Part shown: piece by piece, positions 13,004 to 26,234 of the stretch
Layout: each line of letters opens with the position of its first letter
How positions within the stretch are numbered: the stretch's first letter is position 1
Assembly: GCF_963921235.1 (NCBI RefSeq)
Contig: NC_086097.1
Span: 124,932,001 to 124,996,000, forward strand
DNA from: Mobula hypostoma
Taxonomy: Eukaryota
Direction of reading: 5' to 3'
Length of the DNA: 64,000 nucleotides
The notes under the pieces: generated by a model
Database searches by the model: none
What the model saw: only the letters and a program-made list of their open reading frames with translations
What the model was told of the DNA's origin: nothing
Position numbers and translations under genes: made by a program

Positions 13004-16000
13004 GACTGCATTCTCCAAACTTCCATTTTCATTACAACATTCAAGGTAATTGTCAATACCTTTTCATTTTTCTGTAGTTCCTAACTTGTTGAAGTAGTGA
13101 AATAATTTCATTTCACTCCTGGCTGTTTCTGGCACCTCCAAGCCTAAATGCTTGAAACCCCAGTGAGCGAAACAGTTCTGAATTGTCTTACTGTATATTT
13201 CTCACTAACTGTCAGTGACAACATTCACTGCTTTTTGAACACACATACCACGCTTACTATTTAAAAACTGTTCATTCTAAGCACTGTATAATAAGACCAT
13301 AAGACAAAGGAGCAGAAGTCGGCCATTCGGCCCATCAGGTTTACTCCGCCATTTTACCATGAGCTGATCCATTCTCCCAACTAGTCCCACTCCCCCGCCT
13401 TCTCCCCATAACCTTCGATGCCCTGGCTACTCAGATACCTATCAATCTCTGCCTTAAATACACCCAATAACTTGGCCTCCACTGCTGCTCCTGGCAACAA
13501 ATTCCATAGATTCACCACCCTCTGACTAAAAAAATTTCTTCGCATTTCTGTTCTGAATGGGCGCCCTTCAATCCTTAAGTCCTGCCCTCTCGTACTAGAC
13601 TCCCCCATCATGGGAAACAACTTTGCCACATCCACTCTGTCCATGCCTTTCAACATTCGAAATGTTTCTGTGAGTTCTCCCCTCATTCTTCTAAACTCCA
13701 AGGAATACAGTCCAAGAGCGGATAAACGGTCCTCATATGTTAACCCTCTCATTCCCGGAATCATTCTAGTGAATCTTCTCTGTACCCTCTCCAATGTCAG
13801 CACATCCTTTCTTAAATAAGGAGACCAAAACTACCCACAGTACTCCAAGTGAGGTCTCACCAACACCTTATAGAGCCTCAACATCACATCCCTGCTCCTA
13901 TACTCTATTCCTCTAGAAATGAATGCCAGCATTGCCTTCGCCTTCTTCACTACTGACTCAACCTGGAGGTTAACTCTAAGGGTATTCTGTACGGGGACTC
14001 CCAATCCCGTTGCATCTCAGACCTTTGATTTCTTTCCCCATTTAAATAATAGTCTGCCCATTTATCTTTTCTGCCAAAGTGCATAACCATACACTTTCCA
14101 ACATTGTACTTCATTTGCCACCTCTCTGCCCATTCTTCCAATCTATTCAAGTCTCTCTGCAGACTCTCCGTTTCCTCAGCACTACCAGCCCTTCTACCTA
14201 CCTTCGTATTGTCAGCAAACTTAGCCACAAAGCCATCTATTCCATAATCCAAATCGTTGATGTACAATGTAAAAAGGAGTGGCCCCAACATGGACTCCTG
14301 TGGAACACCACTGGTAACCGGCAGCCAACCAGAATAGGATCCCTTTATTCCCACTCTCTGTTTCCTGCCAATCAGCCAATGCTCTATCCACGTATGTAAC
14401 TTACCCATAATTCCATGGGCTCTTATCTTGGTAAGCAGCCTCATGTGTGGCACCTTGTCAAAGGCCTTCTGAAAATCCAAATATACAACATCCACTGCAT
14501 CTCCCTTGTCTAGCCTACTGGTAATTTCCTCAAAAAATTGTAATAGGTTTGTCAGGCAGGATTTTCCTTTAAGGAATCCATGCTGAGTTCTGCCTATCTT
14601 GTCATATGCCTCCAGGTACTCTGTAACCTCATCCTTGACAATCGACTCCAACAACTTCCCAACCACCGATGTCAAGCTAACAGGTCTATAATTTCCTTTT
14701 TGCTTCCTTGCCCCCTCCTTAAATAGCGGAGTGACATTTGCAATCTATCAGTCCTCGGGAACCATGCCAGAATCTATCGACTTTTGAAAGATCATCGCTA
14801 ATACCTCTGCAATCTCCACAGCTACTTCCTTCAGAACACGAAGGTGCATTCCATCTGGTCCAGGAGATTTATCTACCTTTAGACTATTCAGCTTCCTGAG
14901 TACTTTCTCTGTCGTAATTGTGACTGCGCACACTTCTCTTCCCTGCCATCCTTGAGTGTCCGGTATACTGCTGATGTCTTCTTCAGTGAAGACCAATGCA
15001 AAATACACGTTCAGTTCCTCTGCTATCTCCTTATTTCCCATTACAATTTCTCCAGCATCATTTTCTATCAGTCCTATGTCTACTCTCACCTGTCTTTTAC
15101 TCTTTATGTACTTGAAAAAGCTTTTAGTATCCTCTTTGATATTATTTGCTAGTTAATCTTTCATAGTTAATCTTTTCCCTCTTAATGACTTTCTTGGTTT
15201 CCTTTTGTAAGGTTTTAAAAACTTCCCAATCCTCTGTCTTCCCACTAATTTTTGCTTCCTTGAATGCCCTCTCCTTTGCTTTAACTTTGGCTTTGACTTC
15301 TCTTGTCAACCACGGTTGCATCCTTCTTCCACTCGAAAATTTCTTCTTTTTTGGAATATACCTGTCTTGCACCTTCCTCATTTCTCGCATAAACTCCAGC
15401 CACTGCTGCTCTGCTGTCTTTCCCGCCAGTGTCCCTTTCCAGTCAACTTTGGCCAGTTCCTCTCTCATGCCACTGTAATTTCCTTTACTCCACTGAAATA
15501 CCGACACATCAGATTTCGGCTTCTCTTTTTCTAATTTCACAGTGAACTCAATCATGTTATGATCACTGCCTCCTAAGGATTCCTTCACCTCAATCTCTCT
15601 AACCACCTCCGGTTCATTACACAATACCCAATCCAGTACAGCCTATCCCCTAGTGGGCTCAACAACAAGCTGTTCTAAAAAGCCATCTCACAGACATTCT
15701 ACAAATTCTTTCTCTTGAGATCCAGTGACGACCTGATTTTCCCAATCCACTCGCATGTTAAAATCCCCCACAATTATCATAACACTGCCCTTCTGACAAG
15801 CCTTTTCTATTTCCAGTTGTAATTTGTAGTCCACATCCCTGCAGCTGTTTGGAGGCCTATAAATAACTGCCATCAGGGTCCTTTTACCCCTGCTATTTCT
15901 TAGCTCAACCCATAAAGATTCTGCACCTTCCGATCCTATATCACCTCCTTCTAATGATTTAATATCATTTCTTACCAATAAAGCCACGCCTCCCCCTCTG

Positions 16001-16497
16001 CCTACCTTCCTATCCTTCTGATACACCGTGTATCCTTGGACGTTCAGCTCCCAGAGACATGCATCCTTTAGCCAAGTCTCAGAGATGGCCACAATATCAT
16101 ACCTGCCAATCTGTAGCTGTACGACAAGATCATCCACCTTATTCCTTATGCTGCGTGCATTTAAGTACAACACCTTAAGACCAGTATTTGATACTTTTCG
16201 CTTTGATTTCACTGCAACTTTATTGCACTGCAACTCATCCCAATGGCTACAAATTTGCCCATCACCTGCCTGTCTTTCCTGACATCTTTTGACATAATAT
16301 CTAACAGCCAAGTAAGTGTGTGTGACTGACGCTAATTAGAAACTGGCAACAGTCTTCTGTCCCACTTAAGTGTCATATCGTCCCAAATAAACTAAGGGAA
16401 ACCTGGTTATCTTCTCGATTAGTTTTTGTTCTTTAAGAGTTGTCCCAAATAAGTGGCTGCCCTGGTTAACTGATGGCCCAATTAACCGGAATCTACC
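13004..16497. mobile_element. Tigger/pogo-like MITE split by the CR1 at 13291-16289
   Basis: Right end ggcccaattaaccggaatctac at about 16475-16496 resembles a Tigger-type TIR; 13004-13290 and 16290-16497 appear to be its two halves (recognition only). Confidence 0.45.
13291..16289 (-). mobile_element. CR1 LINE ORF2 near full length (APE endonuclease + RT), several stops/frameshifts
   Basis: LYLNARSIRNK, AISETWL, YRPP, GDFN (15688..16311); LGGSDHN (15142..15624); KSPGPDG; QHGFLKGKSC, YLDFQKAFDKV, KFADNTK (13950..14675); tail ataagaccataagac. Confidence 0.97.
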
Positions 16498-16499
16498 TT

Positions 16500-17335
16500 C
16501 AGAGTACACCAATGTACAAAAAAAGGCAAAGATTTCCAAATAATAATAATATTCAGAACATCAATTGTAGAGAGTTCTTGAAAGTGAATCTGTAGATTAT
16601 AGACACAGTTCAGAATACTGATGACTGAAGTTATCCGCTCTCGTTCAGGAACCTGATGGTTATAGGGTTATAACTGTTCCTGAACCTTATGTTGTGAGAC
16701 CTGAGGCTTCTGTTACTCCTGCACAATAGTAGTAGTGAGAAGAGAGTATGGCTTGGAATTCTTGATCATCGCTGCTGCTTTCTTGTGTAAGTGCTACATG
16801 TAAATGTGCCCAGTGATGGGGAAGGTTTTTCCTGTGATGCACTGAGTCACTTTCTGTAGACCTTTCCATTCCTGGGCATTGGTGTTTCCATACAGGGCCA
16901 TAATGTAACCAGTTAAGATACTCTCCACTCTGCATAGGGATTTGTCAAAGTGTTTGGTGCCATGCCAAGTCTACACAAACTTCTGAGAAAGTAGAGGAGC
17001 TGCCACTTATATGCTGGTCCCAGGAAAGATACGTTTATTGACTCCAAGGAATTTAATGCTACTGACCCTCTCCACCTCTGATTCTTTAATGCGGACTGGC
17101 TGACGGTCCCCTGGCTTCATATTCCTGTAGTCAATAATCAGCTCTTTTATTTTGCTGATGTTGAGTGAGAGGTTGTTGTGGCACCGTTCAAACAAATTTT
17201 TCAATCTCCCTCCTGCATGCTGATTCCAAACCACCTTTGATTCGGTCATCAACAGTAGTGTTGCTAGCAAACTTAAATACAGCGTCGGAGGTGTACTTAG
17301 CCTCATAATCGAGTATGAAGGGAGTAGAACGTGGG
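16500..17335 (-). mobile_element. Rex1/Babar LINE 3' fragment
   Basis: ORF 17007..17435 C-part CHNNLSLNISKIKELIIDYR...VERVSSIKFLGV; 3' UTR family shared with 31660-32500 and 49690-50500. Confidence 0.8.
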
Positions 17336-18429
17336 TCCATAGATCGTCATCGGTCCTCAAAGGTTTATAGGTCCTCAAGACATGTGAATAAAATGATTCC
17401 AAAGGCAAAGGAATACATTTTTTTAATATCAACAATGCCTGGAATGTAAGAGTAGAGCCGTATTGGAATTGTAAACAAACTGATTAGACCACAGCTTCAG
17501 AAGATCCATTCATATTATTAAAATCATCTATAGTTTAGCATGGGGAAAATCCTCACTACTCTGTAATAGCCTCCATTATGAAACAGATATACTGTGGTCA
17601 GGTATCCCAAGTTCATCAACAACAACTCATTATCAACAATTCTACTGTTAGCACAGTTTCCACATTCAGAGTCCTGGACATTGTTATTTCACAGGATCTT
17701 GTGGGAGAATTATATCTCTTTTACTAATAAAACAGCTCAGGATAGGATGTACTTCTTGTGGTAGTTGAAAAAAATTCCATCCTTCCCAGAACATGCTAGT
17801 ACTGTCCTGATGTGTGCTGGCAATGTCAGAACCTAAGTGCAGAGGAAAGACAGATTCCGATGTAGAGACGGTGACCAAAGCTTCTTCATAAGAATTCCAA
17901 CAGAACGTTGGTGGTTTGGCCGTGTGACACCGTGAGATGTAACATTCTCAGAACTAGAACCTCGCAATTAGCATTAATCGGACGACAGCTTAAATAATTC
18001 AAGTAACACGGATTCCTGAACCTATCAAAATAACGTTAAGTCTAACCAGAAAGCACCAGGAGACCACATTACAAAGAGTGAGTCGCTCAAGAAAAACATG
18101 GAAATGTAAACGATTAGTGACATTAATTAAACAGCAATTAACCAGTTCAAGTACTTTAACAACCCCAGAGCCCAACACTCTCTGGCTCCCTGCACAGGCT
18201 TAAAGAGCACATTACAGTACCTCACTCCCTGTCTCCAGCACCTGACAGACCAGGGAGACCTGGGGGATCCCGAGACAGAGAAAACATTAGATAAACTGAA
18301 AACAATGGATAAAGCTTGGAAGCATTGGATAAACCTCAGATGCCTTGAGGGCCATGGGAGACCTTGTGAACCGGGAACGCATAACCCAAAGAAAACCTTG
18401 AACATAGACTAGAGAAGCTCAGAAAATGG

Positions 18430-18847
18430 ACAAGAAAAGTTCGGAATGTGGACTCGGAATGTAGACTAGAGATACTCAGAACATAAATTTGGAATGTGGA
18501 CTTGAGAAACTCAGAACTAGATTAGAAACACTCGGAACGTAGATTCAGAACATGGACTTGAGAAATTCAGAACGTATATTAGAGACACTCAGAATGTAGA
18601 CTTGGAACATGGACGAGAAATTCAGAATGTATATTAGAGACACTCAGAATGTAGACTTGGAACATGGACTTGAGAAATTCAGAACGTATATTAGAGACAC
18701 TCAGAATGTAGACCTGGAACATGGACTTGAGAAATTCAGAACGTATATTAGAGACACTCAGAATGTAGACTTGGAACATGGACTTGAGAAATTCAGAACG
18801 TAGATTAGAGACACTCAGAATGTAGACTTGGAACATGGACTTGAGAA
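18430..18847. repeat. 57-bp minisatellite (about 5 clean units from 18570, degenerate subunits before)
   Basis: Unit gaacgtatattagagacactcagaatgtagacttggaacatggacttgagaaattca; gives the 19-aa repeat ORFs 18579..18863 and 18609..18803. Confidence 0.95.
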
Positions 18848-19792
18848 TAGATGACATTATCACCTAAAGCCGACCAATGTCAAAATGCAGCTGTTAAACC
18901 TCTACCTGGTCAATTACTTGGTGGGGCCCTTCTGTCTTGAACTATGCTAGTGTAATGTGCTGCAAGGTTTCACTGCTAATGTAATGGTTTCTCTGTAGCA
19001 GCAATGTATGGGTTATGACTAGGGTTATGGGGCTTTGGAATGTATGCTGGCCACTGAGAGGCATGTTGTTCTTTCTTGTAGATCTGGGAGCAGGGACTTT
19101 GCAGACTTTTGTCGGGGAGAGATGAGGAGAGAAGACACGAATGGAGAGAGTTGGTAGACCACCGGACGGAGTAGACTTGGAGCGAAGGTCGGCTACGGTC
19201 GTAGGAGGTCAACAGGGAACAAATGGACGTATCCATGAGCTCCACCGTTGTGCATTAGACTGTTTCATGAGAATGGGCCCTTTTCTTTTTTTGTTTCTTT
19301 ACTAACCATATAGTAAAATTAAGAATTATAAAGCCTAATCGTTTTATTTCATTTTGTGTACTGATTTGTTATTTTGTGGTACTGATTTGTAACAGGGGAA
19401 CACATCACTTAGCGTCCACCCAAACAAGATTTCTTAAGTTTGGCTGGACCGGGGGCTGTCTTCCCCTAGATCAAGCCATTAGATGAACTAAGAGTTGCAA
19501 TTGTGGGGATATTGTTCGGGATTGATTTTGTTGGATGCTGTGTGATTACCCTGAGCATTGAACCAGTGGGGTAGATATTCGTACTCCGGATAAATCGTTA
19601 ATTCGCCTGTTTAAATACTGTTAAAGTTGCAATTGCAGGGCGGAGGTTTGATAAAATGGCGGGGGCAGATTTCGTTTTACTGCAGACTAGCACTAACGAA
19701 GCGGTGGTGGAGCAGGCCAAATCATAGGTCGAGATTCCCATAGCTGGGGCGGAGATTTCAAAGGCAGGGTTCTATCAATTCTGAGGAGTGAG

Positions 19793-20750
19793 GTGAAGGA
19801 GTGGTTAGATTTGCAATGTCTAATTAGTCCCCATCCCCCAGTGAAGAGAGAGAATTCTGAGTTAATATCCACCCTTACCTCTCTGACAAATAAATGGAAA
19901 AATGCCCAGGTTCAAAGTCCCTGCTATGGTAGGCTCCGCCTATTCTCTGGAATAATGCCCATCCCTGAAGGGGAAGAGGAGTATGAGACTTGGGTGGAGC
20001 AGACCTCTCAGATTTTAGATGAGTGGCAGTGCCCTGATGGCGTACAGCGACAGGGGTTGGTTGAGAGTTTGAGTGGGTGGGCTGCTGACATTGTGAGAGC
20101 TGTCAGGTTGCGGTATCCCGTAGCGACAGCTGTCAATTACATGTAAGCACTGGACAGGAAGCCCAATGGAGCTCCTGGTGGGGTTTCAGAACCTGCATCA
20201 GGAGAAGGGGGAGAAGCTTTCTGCTTTTATTTTTTGGCTCGAGAGGCAGCTAGATTGCTTGCGGCATACGGGGCTCATCCAGGCTGCTGAGGTGGATCAG
20301 TTAAGAGTGGACCAGATTACCAGGGGCGCCCGGTCCCAGGACTGGGATATCGGACTGTCTCATAAGACGCGCCCCCTCCATCTTTTGTTGAGCTGATCAG
20401 AGAGGTACGGGAAAAGGAGAACGCGGCAGAGGCGCAGGAGGCCTCTGTCAGCAGGGTACAGTCCTCGGTAGTGGTCCCCTGCGGTGAAGTGACCACAGAT
20501 AGCCTACCCTGGGGAGCGGTAGAGGAGATTGTGGCAGAGTTGAGAACGGAGATATGTCGGCTGTTATCAGTGGGTGTGACCCCCCCCCCATATGATGGAG
20601 CCAATGGCGGGGGCGGGGGTGGATCCCCTGAGGGGATGAACAATGCAGAGGGCTGCTGGCAGCAGGTGTCACGCCAGAAGGAGAGGGAGCCCCTGGGTAC
20701 CTCAGCAGAGAGAGTCGTTGGAAAAACTTAGAGGAGACCAAGTATGGGAA
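19793..20750 (+). pseudogene. gag, PNMA-like capsid, disrupted
   Basis: YGRLRLFSGIMPIPEGEEEYETWVEQT..W....RQGLVESLSGWAADIV, then FQNLHQEKGEKLSAFIFWLE. Confidence 0.85.
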
Positions 20751-20869
20751 TGGCCTGGTGTCTCTGGGGGAACACGTTCCCAGCAATGTACCAAGGAACC
20801 TCCGAAAGCGAAAGGCCCAATTCCTGAAGACTTAGTGGGTCCATGCTCCTCCAGTGTGTCGCTATGAAG

Positions 20870-23800
20870 AGAGGGTATTTATGCTAAAGCCATACTCGAC
20901 ACCGGGTCGCAGGTCACATTGTTATACTGTTCATTTTACAACCTGTATCTGAAGCATTTACCATTGACAGCATTCAGGGCACTGGAGATCTGGGGGCTTA
21001 GTGCTAGTGATTATCCATATGATGGTTATTTGTCAGTGAAGTTGGAGTTCCCGGAGGCCGAAGTGGGAGTGTCAAAGGTCCTTGATACATTGGTGCTGGT
21101 TTGTCCGGACCCCGTTGAGACGGGCAGCATTTCAGTTCTGGTGGGGACCAACACCCCTTTTGTTAAGAGGCTCATGGGGGCCTGTAAGGAGAAGGCGGGT
21201 GAGAGCTTTCTGGGATCATTCTCTGTGCACCCGGGGTTTCGAGCTGCTTTTGAGGAAGTGCGTGGCAGCATTGGGCCAGATACCGAATTTAAACACGGGA
21301 CTGTGTGGTTCACCCAGTCGAAGCCAATGGTGGTATGGCCTGGGGAAGTAGTGGGAGTGATAGGGACCCCCAAATTTCCCGGAGTTCCTGAGGACAAAGT
21401 CCTCTTATAGGACACTCTGGAAGACCACAAGGGGGAGTCGGGATTTCCTGCTGGGATTCTGGTGAGGCCCGAATTGCAGAAGCCCTCGGTTGTACAGGCA
21501 AGCAGGATGGCAGTGATTGTTAGGAACACTACGAAGAGGGAGGTCATCTTCAAGCAGGGGATGCCCCTGGCATATCTGTTCCCAGTGATGGTAATGTCTA
21601 GTGTCTCCGTGAAACAAGCCAGGGAGAAACTGTTGGAAAAAGGGGGAAAGTTGACCGCTGAGTCATTCAACTTCGGGGACTTTCCAGTTTTTGTGGTTTG
21701 GAAGAGGAGGTTGGTAGAGAAGATGTTGAAGCTGGAAGGTGTCTTTTCCCTTGGCAAGTTTGTTGTGGGTTGTTCCAGGAGCACTCGTCACACTATCCGG
21801 GTGACCGAGGACACCCCGTTTAGAGAGCAGTTGTGGAGGCTGGGTCCTGCAGAGGTGGAGGACATTTGGCAGCATTTTTGTAAGTTGAAGGAAGCTGGGA
21901 TCATCACCAAGTCCCAAAGCCCCTATGCGTCCCCAGTCGTAGTGGCCTGAAAGAAGAATGGGATGGTATGCAATTGTGTGGACTATAGGACTCTGAACAG
22001 GTGCACCGTCCCTGACCAGTGTACTGTCCCGAGGGTTGAAGACGCACTGGTCTGCCTGAGTGGTGTGAAGTGGTTCAGTGTGCTGGACTTGGAGGATTGG
22101 ATATTACCAGATCCCCATGACTGAGGCCGACAAAGAGAAGACGGCATTTATATGTCCACTGGAATTCTTCCAGTTCGAAAGGATGCCCCAGAGCATATCG
22201 GGAGCTTCTGCAACCTTCCAGCGGGTCATGGAGAAGACGGTGGGGATATGAACTTGCTTCAGGTATTGGTATATCTGGACGACCTCATAGTATTTGGATC
22301 TACCTTGGAAGAACATGAAGCGAGGCCACTGAAAGTGCTGGTCTGCTTGAAAGCTGAAGGGTTAAAACTTTCCCTGGACAAGTGCCAGTTCTGCCAAACA
22401 TCTGTTAGCTATGTTGGGCACATTGTCTCATGAGATGGAGTAGCTACAGATCCAGCTAAGATAGAGACAGTTACCACTTGGCCAAGACCCCAGACTATGA
22501 GCACACTGTTCTCATTCCTTGGGTTCTGTGGTTACTATCAGAGGTTCGTGAAGGGCTATGCGAAAGTGAGTTACCTATTGAATCAGCTTCTGTGCGGTTA
22601 CCCTCCCTTGGGGAAGAAAGGGAGGGGGAGGAAAGGACAGGAGGCTGAAGAGTATCTTAGCCCATCTGAGCCTTTTGGACCGAGGTGGGGTGCAAAATGT
22701 GAGGAGGCCTTTCAGTCGCTGAAGAAACTGCTGACCCAGGTGCCAGTGCTGGCTTTTGCATACCCCGATTGCCGTATGTACTGCACACGGATGCCAGCCG
22801 AGAGGGTTTCGGGGGCGTCCTGTATCAGGCTTCGGATTGAGGCCCACAGCATTTGTCAGTCAGAGTCTGTCGCCCTCCAAGAGAAACTGTCCCACGCACA
22901 AATTGGAATTTCTGGCGTTGAAATGGGCTGTGGCGGATAAGCTGAGTGATTACCTCTGTGGGGCCAAGTTTGAGGTGAGGACTGACAACAACCTCTAACT
23001 TGTATCTTGACCATGGTGAAACTGGATGCCACAGGGCATCGGTGGTTGGCAGCGTTGTCTGCCTATGATTTCAGCCTGAAGTACCGGCTGGGGAGCAGGG
23101 ACATTAATGCTGATGCTTTGCCCCGACGGATGCATGATGGACTGGTCAGGGACGAAGAGTGGGAGAGCGTTCCTGCCACGGGGGTGAAGGCTATGTGTCA
23201 GTTTTCCATCATTGTGAAGGCAGAGGGAAAGGAGGGACAGGATCGAGCGGTGGATCAATTGGGAGCTTATGATGACGCCATTCTCCTAGTTTACTGTAAC
23301 CTGACTGGTCTGAAGACAAATCAGCTGCCGGAATTGAGCTATGGGGAAGTGGCAGCTGCTCAGCGAGATGACCCGGGCATCAGTACCATTTGGTCAGTGG
23401 TCAAAAAGGGAGACATGGCTCAGGCAGAGAAGACGAAACATGCGGCCGTCCCTCCGTTACTGAGAGAATGGGCTTGGTTGGAGTTGCAGAACCAGATCCT
23501 ATACCAGGTCACGTCACCCCAGGACTGACCTCCGCATTGCCAGCTGGTTCTGTCAGAGAAGTATCAGAGGTTTGCGTTGAAGTCACTTCATGATGACTCT
23601 GGACATTTGGGGGTTGAAAAGACCTATGGATTGCTCAGAAACCTGTTTTACTGGCCCCGAATGAAATCAGAGGTTAACGAATACTGCAAGTCATGTATTC
23701 ACTGCATACGGAGGAAGACACTGCCTACGCAGGCAGCTCCCTTGTCCCACTGGCAGAGTGCGGGGCCCCTGGACCTGGTGCATATGGATTTCCTGTTAAT

Positions 23801-24878
23801 AGAGCCCGATGCCAGCAACTCAATGAATGTCTTAGTCATCACAGACCACTACACCAGGTATGCACAGGCTTTTCCTACAAAGGACCAGAGGGCATCCACA
23901 GTGGCCAAAGTGTTATGGAGAAGTATTTCATTTATTATGGCCCTCCCAGGCAGATACATAGTGATCAGGGACAGGATTTCAAGAGGAGACCCATCCGTGA
24001 GTTAGTGGGCATGCTTGGAGTCGAGAAGTTGAGGACCACGCTCTATCAACTGCAGGGTGATCCTCAGCCTGAGAGATTTAATCGGACCTTGTTAGACATG
24101 CTTGGGACCTTGGAGATCAGCAAGAAGAGCAGGTGGAGTCAACATATTGGGCATCTGGCTCACAGTTACAACTGTACATGAAATGAAGCTACCGGGTACT
24201 CGCCATATTATCTGATGTTTGGGCGCGAGGTAAGGATGCCCATTGACCTCTGTTTTGGGACTGACAAGGGTGACTTACCACTGAAGGCTTATCTGAAGTA
24301 AGTGTCTGATATGAGAAGAGAGCTGAAAAGGGCTTGTGAATTAGCTGGGGTCGTGGCTGCCAAGCAGAATCAAGGAAATAAGAGGAGGTATGATCAAAAG
24401 GTGAGGTTCTCCCAACTCCTGCTCGGAGACTGGGTCCTTATAAGGAACTTAGGGCTACCCGGGAGACATATTTGGTGGACAGCTGGGTGGCCAAGACCTT
24501 GTGGTGGAGAGTCAGATGCCAAACCTACCAGTTTTCCAGGTGAAACCAGAGGATGGGAATGGGCCTGTCAAAATTCTCCATCGGTACCACCTGCTGCCCC
24601 TGGGCCAAGAGGTACAGGTAGACCCAGAGCCCGACTTGGAGCCTACACCTAGTAAGAGGACTCTGCGGAAATGCGGGACAACTGCAGGGCCCACAGCAGA
24701 CGAGGTTAGGCTGGCCCCCACCCCTGAGAGGGATACTGATTCGGAGGATGAGGACCTGGATGTGTGGTGTATACTGCCTTTTGCTAACTCCCCATTGATA
24801 GAGGAAGAGACTCCCAGCCCTTCTCCCACTGAATCAGGTGAAGTGGGGAGGGGGCTATCTGTAAGGTTTCATTGCTAA
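20870..24878 (+). pseudogene. pol (protease, RT, RNase H, integrase), disrupted
   Basis: AILDTGSQVT at 20889; SPYASPVV; VYLDDL; FLGFCGYY; KLEFLALKWAV..TDNN; HDDSGHLG..YWP..CKSCIHC; IHSDQG; PERFNRTL. Confidence 0.95.
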
Positions 24879-26234
24879 GGTAATGGTTTCTCTGTAGCAG
24901 TAATGTTTGGGTTATGAATAGAGATAATGGGGCTTTGGAATGTATGCTAGCCAATGAGAGGTATGTTGTTCTTTCTTATAGGTCTGGTAGCAGGGATTTC
25001 GTGGTCTAGTGTTGGGGAGAGATGAGGAGAGAAGACACGAATGGAGAGGGTTGGTAGACTGCCGGACAGAGTGGACTTGGAGCGAGGGTCCGAGGGTTGG
25101 CAACGCTCGGAGGAGGTCGACAGGGAACAAATGGATGTATCCATGAGCTTCACCATTGCACAGTATACTATTTCATGAGAATGGGCCCTTATCTTTTTTG
25201 TTTCTTTACTAACTATATAGTCAAATTGAGAATTATAAAGCTCAATCGTTTAATCACATGTTGTGTACTGCTTGTTATTTCGTGGTACCGATTTGTAATG
25301 GGAACACATCATGCAGCATCCACCCAAACAAGATTTCCGGGCCAGGGGCTGTCTTCCCCTAGATTAAGCTGCTAGCCGAAACGAGAGTTGCACTGGCAAT
25401 GTTGGAACTCAAGTGCAGAGGAAAGACAGACTTTAATGTAGAGTAAATGACTGCAGTTTATTCCTAAGGATTCTAGCATCAGTGGCTTGGCTGAGTGACA
25501 CCACAAGACGTAACATTCTCAAAACTTGGACTTCGCGTCTGCTTAAATAATACTAGCAACACGGAATCCCCAAGCCCATCAAAATAAACTTAACAAGTTT
25601 AAACAGAGAGCACCAGGAGACCGCATTACAAAGATTAAGTCACTCAAGAAAAACACAAAGAAATCAAAACCATTATTGACTCGTTGAACAGCAATTAAGC
25701 AATTCAGGTGCTCTAAAAACCTCAGAACCCGACACTGTTCAGCTCCCCGCACAGACCTGAAGAGCTCATTAAAGGTGCAGTTCTGTACCGTCATCATAGA
25801 GAGAATCCTCACATCAGACGTTACTGTCTGGATTGGTGCAGCGTTCTCACACAATGTACAAAAAATACAGCAAACTGTCAAGTCAGCAGAAAGGATCACT
25901 TGCTGCAGTCTACCATCACTGCAGGAGTTGTACATGTCCAGGAACAAGAAGCGGTCAGGATAAGCCATTGCAGACATTACCCACCCTGCAAACTACCTTT
26001 TCCAGAAATGTAAGAAAGAACATTTGTACTTCAAAAGCCACAGATGTGAACATAAGCTTCCTGCACGAATTTACCAAAATTTGTCCAAATTATATATTGT
26101 AAGCACATTGGACCCCCAATGAAATTGCTTGAAGTTTTTTGTGAAACTGCAATCAAAAGGAAAAAAAAAATCCCTTTGATAACTATCATTCTAAGCAAAA
26201 TTGTGGCCCTTTCTAGAACTAACTAACTCCCATT

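Larger units (their letters stand above)
18961..25392 (+). mobile_element. Gypsy/Ty3 LTR retrotransposon with PNMA-like gag, both LTRs (18961-19499, 24860-25392), coding region decayed
   Basis: LTRs tg[c/t]aaggtttca...gagttgca; degenerate tRNA-Pro-type PBS gtggggatattgttcgggat after 19500; PPT aagtggggaggggg before 24860; PR-RT-RH-IN order. Confidence 0.96.
17803..25773 (-). mobile_element. Old non-coding LTR retrotransposon; LTRs 17803-18216 and 18933-25773 (latter interrupted)
   Basis: Diverged direct repeats (ctggcaatgt..aagtgcagaggaaagacaga...agagc.catta[c/a]a); reverse PPT gtacctcactccc at 18217; diverged TSD agtac/ggtgc; no protein-coding interior. Confidence 0.8.
17590..26015 (+). mobile_element. 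Rex1/Babar RT fragment split by the LTR element 17803-25773
   Basis: Left piece ends KTAQDRMYFL..LKKFHPSQNML; right piece resumes VQFCTVIIERILTSDVTVWIGA (ORF 25775..25963). Confidence 0.75.

Noticed and set aside
18579..18863. Repeat-protein ORFs on both strands
   Set aside because: By-product of a 57-bp (multiple of 3) minisatellite inside an LTR element.
21026..21784. 252-aa minus-strand ORF
   Set aside because: Antisense to Gypsy pol with no recognisable motifs.
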